Shown piece by piece: positions 58,787-64,000 of a DNA stretch of 64,000 nt. Below the pieces are notes generated by a model, which had not been told where the DNA came from, did not search any database, and saw nothing but the letters and a program-made list of their open reading frames with translations. The stretch is from contig JBIKJE010000003.1 in NCBI GenBank assembly GCA_044361165.1, forward strand, positions 15,888 through 79,887, given 5' to 3'. Within the stretch, counting starts at the first letter, position 1; every line of letters starts with the position of its first letter. The translations under genes were made by a program, and so were the position numbers. The stretch is from Crocinitomicaceae bacterium (lineage in GTDB: Bacteria; Bacteroidota; Bacteroidia; Flavobacteriales_D; Crocinitomicaceae).

Positions 58787-59893
58787 CTAATCTGCCAATT
58801 TATTTATCTTCTCCAATTCATCCACAATCATTGCACTCGCGTTTGGTTTTCCCAATTGCGCAATCGCTTCACTTAGCTGCTTTAAATTAGCTTCATTTCC
58901 AAGTAATTCTATCGTTTTCGCAATTAAATTGTTTTTCGCATCGACATCCTTTACTAATACCGCCGCGTGTTTATTTACCAAAGCCATTGCATTTTTGGTT
59001 TGGTGGTCTTCCGCCACATTCGGCGAAGGAACTAACACGGTTGGTTTTTGAATCAAACACAATTCAGAAACTGAAATTGCACCTGCTCGTGAAATGATAA
59101 TATCAGCTGCCGCGTAAGCCAAATCCATTCTGGCAATAAATTCATTCAAATGAACATCATCGTGATTGATTTGACTTAGTGTTTCTTTCATTTTTTCGAA
59201 ATAGAATTTACCACATTGCCAAAGTACTTGCACTTGATTTTCTTCTAGCATTTTCATTCCTTCTAGCACACTTTCGTTCAACGTGCGTGCGCCCAAACTT
59301 CCACCAATGACTAAAATTGTTTTTTTGTTTGGATTGAGTCCGAAGAATTGATATGCTTCTTCTCTTTTTCCTTGAATGGTAATCATTTCAGATCGTACAG
59401 GATTTCCAGTTTCGACAATTTTATCTTTTGGAAAGAATTTTTCTAAACCATCGTACGCTGTACATATGCTATTTACTTTTCCAGAAAGTATTTTATTTGT
59501 TTTCCCAGGAAAAGAATTTTGTTCTTGTATCAATGTTGGAACACCAGCAAAAATGGCTGCTCTCAATGTTGGTCCACTGGCGTAGCCTCCAACTCCCACA
59601 ACAACATCTGGCTTGAAATTCTTTACTATCTTATAAGCTTTAAGCAAGCTGTTAATTAATTTAAAAGGCAAAACAAAATTTGAAAGCGTGATTTTTCTTT
59701 GTAAACCAGCAATTGGTAGACCGATGATTTTGTAGCCCGCGGCAGGAACTTTTTCCATTTCCATTTTCCCTAAAGCGCCCACAAAAAGAATTTCCGCATC
59801 TGGATTTCTTCGTTTGATTTCATTGGCAATTGCCAAAGCAGGGAAAATATGTCCGCCCGTTCCACCTCCTGATATGATTGCTCTTTTTATCAT
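58787..59893 (-). CDS. murG: Undecaprenyldiphospho-muramoylpentapeptide beta-N-acetylglucosaminyltransferase
   Basis: 368 aa, ISGGGTGGHIFPALAIA. Confidence 0.97.
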   Translation of the reverse strand: MIKRAIISGGGTGGHIFPALAIANEIKRRNPDAEILFVGALGKMEMEKVPAAGYKIIGLPIAGLQRKITLSNFVLPFKLINSLLKAYKIVKNFKPDVVVGVGGYASGPTLRAAIFAGVPTLIQEQNSFPGKTNKILSGKVNSICTAYDGLEKFFPKDKIVETGNPVRSEMITIQGKREEAYQFFGLNPNKKTILVIGGSLGARTLNESVLEGMKMLEENQVQVLWQCGKFYFEKMKETLSQINHDDVHLNEFIARMDLAYAAADIIISRAGAISVSELCLIQKPTVLVPSPNVAEDHQTKNAMALVNKHAAVLVKDVDAKNNLIAKTIELLGNEANLKQLSEAIAQLGKPNASAMIVDELEKINKLAD

Positions 59894-61095
59894 CCTACAA
59901 AAGCATTTTGAATTTCTTTCTCTTTCTCGTCGGTTTTCTCTTCTTGCGTTTGCTGTCTAGTTGCAATACTTTGAACAATCCCGATACCTACACAAGTCAT
60001 GATGAGTGCCGATCCACCCATGGCTAGAAGTGGCATGTTTTGTCCTGTTACTGGAAAAACGCCCGTGCAAACCAACATATTTACAGTCGCTTGAGAAAGG
60101 AGTAAAATTCCGATTCCCAACACCGTATATGTCTCAAATAGTTTATCAGATTTTAGCGCAATTTTAATCATTCGGTAGAGCAATATCAAATAAAGCATCA
60201 CTAGAATAATGGCGCCAAGAAGTCCAAATTCTTCTACAAAACTGGCAAAAAAGAAATCAGCATAAGCCTCTGGTACATATTCTTTTACTTTTCCATCTCC
60301 AGGACCTTGACCTAATATACCGCCATTGAAAATTCCTAATTCAGCATTTTTTGCTTGCGCATTGTCGACAACTTCGATTTCATCTGCTATTTCAGGTTTC
60401 ATGTCAAATCGACTCAAAATACGATTTTCCCAAGTTTGATAACGTGGGAGTAAATTTAAGTTTGGCAAAGCTTTGTGGGTGGCAACTACAAGTGCAAAAA
60501 GCAAGATTCCACCGAGTACCAAAGTACCAATTTTGACTAATGGAACTTTTCCCAGAAAGAGGATGACTAAACAAATCATGAAAACGATGGCAGCCGTTGA
60601 AAAATTGTCCTTTACAATCAATCCACAGATAACAATGATTGGAATTAAAATCGGCCAGAAGCCTTGTTTCCATGAGTTTAAAACATCTTTCTTTTTGGCT
60701 AAAAGTCTTGAAATATATAGTATTAGTGCAAGTTTTGCAAAATCCGAAGCTTGAAATGTCAATCCAACAAACGGAATCGGAATCCATCTACCCGCGCCAT
60801 TTACTTTGGTTCCAAAGAAAAAGGTAAATATCAATAGTCCGATGGAAGCATAAAAACTAAAGCGCGCCAACTTTGAAAAATAAATTGGATTTTTTTTGTG
60901 AATCCAAAACATCGTTGTAAATGCAATGGACACATAAACCATGTGTTTGAATAAATATTTAAAAGGAGTTCCGCCCTCCATTTTCACCAGAATGGGGACA
61001 AAACTATAGACGCTCACCAATGAGAATGCCAGTAACAAGAGTGTAATCACCCAAATTACGCCGTCGCCTTTTAGATATTTAAAGTATTTTTTCAC
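59890..61095 (-). CDS. ftsW: FtsW/SEDS-family peptidoglycan glycosyltransferase
   Basis: 401 aa with 10 TM segments, SEDS motifs (PEAYADFFFASFVEEFG, TGQNMPLLAMGGSA) and a dcw position. Confidence 0.93.
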   Translation of the reverse strand: MKKYFKYLKGDGVIWVITLLLLAFSLVSVYSFVPILVKMEGGTPFKYLFKHMVYVSIAFTTMFWIHKKNPIYFSKLARFSFYASIGLLIFTFFFGTKVNGAGRWIPIPFVGLTFQASDFAKLALILYISRLLAKKKDVLNSWKQGFWPILIPIIVICGLIVKDNFSTAAIVFMICLVILFLGKVPLVKIGTLVLGGILLFALVVATHKALPNLNLLPRYQTWENRILSRFDMKPEIADEIEVVDNAQAKNAELGIFNGGILGQGPGDGKVKEYVPEAYADFFFASFVEEFGLLGAIILVMLYLILLYRMIKIALKSDKLFETYTVLGIGILLLSQATVNMLVCTGVFPVTGQNMPLLAMGGSALIMTCVGIGIVQSIATRQQTQEEKTDEKEKEIQNAFVG

Positions 61096-61565
61096 TTAGT
61101 TTGATGTATGTCTAAAAACGATTCAAAAGCTATTTTATCTTGCTTCCAATTTTCGCCCTTGCTTGTAAAAAGCAAAATACCATTTTCTTTTTTGAAAGTT
61201 TTGAGCATTTTCAAAACATCTCCCAATTCATTAGCAGCAAAGAAAGTTTCGATCAAATTCATTGTTTCACAGGATAGAGATAAATCCGCCTTGTCATGAC
61301 AACAGATCATTTTTAAATTTGAAAAACAATCTTTGTTATCACCCGCTAGTTTGGAAATGTCTTCAGCGTTTCCGAACCACAAAACTGGTGCAGGAAAACT
61401 ATGTAAAATGTTTTCAATTTCAAATGTCATGGGATTGTACCAAGAGAAAACATCCATTCCCCAAAGCTTACCATGAGTATGTAAAGCGCCTTTTTCAATT
61501 TGTTCAAGATTTCTAGTTCTAGCCTCTTGAAGTTGATTTGCTAATTTACTTACTGATTTTTCCAT
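61092..61565 (-). CDS. Hypothetical cytoplasmic protein inserted between murD and ftsW
   Basis: 157-aa ORF whose stop overlaps the ftsW start by 4 nt. It has no TM segment or signal peptide and contains 5 Cys. No family recognised. Confidence 0.55.
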   Translation of the reverse strand: MEKSVSKLANQLQEARTRNLEQIEKGALHTHGKLWGMDVFSWYNPMTFEIENILHSFPAPVLWFGNAEDISKLAGDNKDCFSNLKMICCHDKADLSLSCETMNLIETFFAANELGDVLKMLKTFKKENGILLFTSKGENWKQDKIAFESFLDIHQTK

Positions 61566-61615
61566 CGTATTTACATTGGATGATGTTGAAAATTAGAGCG
61601 AATTTTTGGTTTGAA

Positions 61616-62962
61616 TTACAAAGAACGAACTGCCGCTTTGAACTGATTTCCTCTGTCTTCGTAGTTTTCGAATAAATCAAAACTTGCACAAGCAGGAGAA
61701 AGCAAAACTGTTTCATCTTTTTTCGCCAATCTGTAACCATATCCAACCGCGTCCATTGCTGAACCAGCTTCCACGATTGTTTCAACCACACCAGAAAAAG
61801 CGTCGATGATTTTTTGATTGTCAGTTCCTAAGCAAATAATTGCTTTTACTTTTTCGCGAACCAATTCTGTCAATTCAGAATAGTCATTTCCTTTATCAAC
61901 ACCACCAACGATCCAAACTGTTGGGTTTTCCATACTTTCCAGCGCAAACCAAGTTGAATTTACATTGGTTGCTTTTGAATCGTTGATAAATTCAATTCCG
62001 TGAACTTTTGCTACAAATTCCAAACGGTGTTCAACGTTTACGAAATCTGAGAAACTTTCGCGCACAACATCTTTGCGGATGTCTAAAATTCTTGCTCCTA
62101 AACCTGAAGCCAAAGTATTTTGGGTATTGTGCTTACCCTTCAAAGCTAAATCGTGGATTGACATGGTGAATGTTTCGTTTATGTTTATTGTTATTTGTTT
62201 ATCGTCTGCAAAAGCGCCTTGCTCTTGAAATTCTTGTTTTAAAGAAAATGGAGCCAATTGCGCTTCTGGTTTTCTTTTGCTTATTTCGTTGACTATTGTT
62301 TCATCATCTGCATTGTAAATGAACCAGTCAGCGGAATTTTGATTTTGCAAAATGCGGAACTTTGAATCCACGTAATTTTGCATTTCGTAATTGTATCGAT
62401 CTAAGTGATCTGGAGAAATGTTAAGCAACATCGCGATATCAGCTTTGAAGTCAATCATTCCATCCAACTGGAAAGAACTCAATTCAAGCACAAACCAATC
62501 GAAGTTTTCATTCGCGACTTGTTTGGCAAAACTTTTTCCAATGTTTCCAGCCAGACCAACGTTGAAGCCCGCTTTTTTCAATATGTGGAATGTCAACATT
62601 GTTGTCGTCGTTTTACCATTACTTCCAGTGATGCAAATCGTTTTCGCAGTATTGTAATAACCAGCAAATTCAATTTCAGAAATGATCGGAATCGATTTGT
62701 ATTTCAATTCTTGGATGATGGCTACTTTGTCAGGAATTCCTGGCGATTTCACAACCAAATCCGCAGCCAAGACTTTTTCAAAAGTGTGTTGACCAGCTTC
62801 CCATTCAATGCCAAGTTTATTCAACTCGTTTTGAAATTCTTCTTTGATTTGACCAAAGTCTGAGACAAAAACGTTCCATCCTTTTTTCAAAGCCAAGACT
62901 GCTGTTCCAACGCCACTTTCGCCAGCGCCCAAAATCACGATATTTTTTCCTTCGCCGTTCAT
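61616..62962 (-). CDS. murD: UDP-N-acetylmuramoylalanine--D-glutamate ligase
   Basis: The likely start is [19 protein letters not shown] at 62962 (TAATG overlap with the mraY stop). The tracked ORF extends 19 codons further into mraY. The ligase motif is GSNGKTTT. Confidence 0.95.
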   Translation of the reverse strand: MNGEGKNIVILGAGESGVGTAVLALKKGWNVFVSDFGQIKEEFQNELNKLGIEWEAGQHTFEKVLAADLVVKSPGIPDKVAIIQELKYKSIPIISEIEFAGYYNTAKTICITGSNGKTTTTMLTFHILKKAGFNVGLAGNIGKSFAKQVANENFDWFVLELSSFQLDGMIDFKADIAMLLNISPDHLDRYNYEMQNYVDSKFRILQNQNSADWFIYNADDETIVNEISKRKPEAQLAPFSLKQEFQEQGAFADDKQITININETFTMSIHDLALKGKHNTQNTLASGLGARILDIRKDVVRESFSDFVNVEHRLEFVAKVHGIEFINDSKATNVNSTWFALESMENPTVWIVGGVDKGNDYSELTELVREKVKAIICLGTDNQKIIDAFSGVVETIVEAGSAMDAVGYGYRLAKKDETVLLSPACASFDLFENYEDRGNQFKAAVRSL

Positions 62963-64000
62963 TATCTTAATTTCAGCGTTACAATCGTGATGACTGCCAA
63001 TAAGATGGATACAATCCAAAAGCGCGCAACAATTTTAGCTTCGTGAATTCCTTTTTTCTGGTAATGATGGTGCAATGGTGCCATGAGGAAAATTCTTCGT
63101 CCTTCTCCGAAGCGTCTTTTAGTCAATTTGAAATATCCAACTTGTAAAATCACGGATAAATTTTCAACCAAGAATACACCGCAAAGCACAGGAATCAAAA
63201 GTTCTTTTCTTACTGAAATTGCGAAAACAGCGATGATTCCACCCAAAGCCAAACTTCCTGTGTCGCCCATGAAAACTTGCGCAGGATAGGAGTTGTACCA
63301 CAAAAACCCAATACAAGCACCAACGAATGCGGAGATAAAAATCACGAGTTCCTCCGCATGGGGAATGTACATCACATCCAAATAATCAGCAAAACGCACA
63401 TTTGAACTTACATAAGCAAAAATCGCCAATGCAATTCCAATAAAAGCGGAAGTTCCTGTTGCCAATCCATCTAATCCATCGGTCATATTTGCGCCGTTTG
63501 AAACAGCGATTACGATGAAAATCACTATCGGAATGAAAAGCATCCAACCGTAAGATTTATGAGTATCACCAATCAACCAATTGTAGTTGAATTCATTTCC
63601 TTTTACAAATGGAACTGTGGTTGTCATGTCGCGTGTTTCAATCCACATGTAATTGGAATCTTTAGAAAATTCAGCATGTTTATGCGTTACAACTGTTTCG
63701 TCTTGCGTTAATTTGTGTGTTATTGGTACTTTTTTATGAACGCGCACATCGTTGTTGAAATACAAAATGCATCCAACGATCACGCCCACACCAATTTGTC
63801 CAACGATTTTAAATCTACCTTTTAGACCTTCTTTGTTTTTCTTGAAAACTTTGATGTAATCATCTAAAAAACCGATCAAACCTAACCAGACAGTGGCAAG
63901 CAACATTGTGATTACATACACATTGTGCAATTTTGCAAACAAAAGTGTAGGAATGAAGATCGCACTCAAGATGATGATTCCACCCATTGTTGGCGTTCCC
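62962..64000 (-). CDS. mraY: Phospho-N-acetylmuramoyl-pentapeptide transferase, C-terminal ~345 codons (N-terminus beyond the right edge)
   Basis: MraY motifs are present (TPTMGG at the window edge, [31 protein letters not shown]). The frame is open to position 64000. Confidence 0.95.
   Translation of the reverse strand, partial: GTPTMGGIIILSAIFIPTLLFAKLHNVYVITMLLATVWLGLIGFLDDYIKVFKKNKEGLKGRFKIVGQIGVGVIVGCILYFNNDVRVHKKVPITHKLTQDETVVTHKHAEFSKDSNYMWIETRDMTTTVPFVKGNEFNYNWLIGDTHKSYGWMLFIPIVIFIVIAVSNGANMTDGLDGLATGTSAFIGIALAIFAYVSSNVRFADYLDVMYIPHAEELVIFISAFVGACIGFLWYNSYPAQVFMGDTGSLALGGIIAVFAISVRKELLIPVLCGVFLVENLSVILQVGYFKLTKRRFGEGRRIFLMAPLHHHYQKKGIHEAKIVARFWIVSILLAVITIVTLKLR

Noticed and set aside
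62963-63019. Longer murD ORF starting at 63019 ([19 protein letters not shown]...)
   Set aside because: The extension overlaps the 3' end of mraY by 58 nt. The canonical MurD N-terminus (NIVILGAGESGVG) follows the internal ATG at 62962, which forms a TAATG stop/start junction with mraY.

Overview
This is a gene-dense, low-GC chromosomal segment that looks like Bacteroidota, probably Flavobacteriia. Supporting signs: three exact TTG-N19-TAnnTTTG promoters, a DUF3467-like gene after rpoC, and a FISUMP-type lipoprotein. Most of the window is core housekeeping.

- **Core blocks:** (a) the classical tRNA-Thr/Tyr/Gly/Thr-tuf-tRNA-Trp-secE-nusG-rplKAJL-rpoBC block (12.4-25.5 kb), preceded by rpsU, a Xer-type recombinase and hpf. 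(b) The distal half of the dcw cell-wall/division cluster on the minus strand (mraY-murD-[extra ORF]-ftsW-murG-murC-ftsQ-ftsA-ftsZ-yqeY, 53.1-64 kb). (c) zapA-rny, two APC amino-acid permeases, apt, an acyl-CoA dehydrogenase, ahcY, a DEAD-box helicase, rlmB and upp.
- **Accessory content:**
  - A roughly 10 kb surface-polysaccharide locus (28.4-38.5 kb). It holds two Wzx-like flippases, a Wzy/O-antigen-ligase-like protein, an orphan 551-aa polytopic protein, GT4, GT2, a DegT-type aminotransferase and a PglC-like initiating transferase.
  - Inside that locus, an IS200/RayT-like HUH gene. Its coding sequence contains a perfect 50-bp palindrome followed by a 24-bp tandem array derived from one palindrome arm.
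  - A split hipB-hipS-hipT-like toxin-antitoxin cassette (47.0-48.7 kb). It is bracketed by about 88-bp direct repeats that duplicate the promoter and first codons of the neighbouring DUF2339-like gene.
  - A small decaying islet (51.3-53.1 kb) with an ORF interrupted by an in-frame TAA.
  - Tandem secreted paralogs at the left edge.

I see no CRISPR array, rRNA or prophage. I did not find a clearly novel multi-gene system. The most unusual signals are the palindrome and repeat structure in the HUH gene, the repeat-bounded hipBST-like cassette, and the extra ORF inside the dcw cluster.

All family calls come from recognising motifs by eye, with no database search. Coordinates of small motifs may be off by 1-2 nt.
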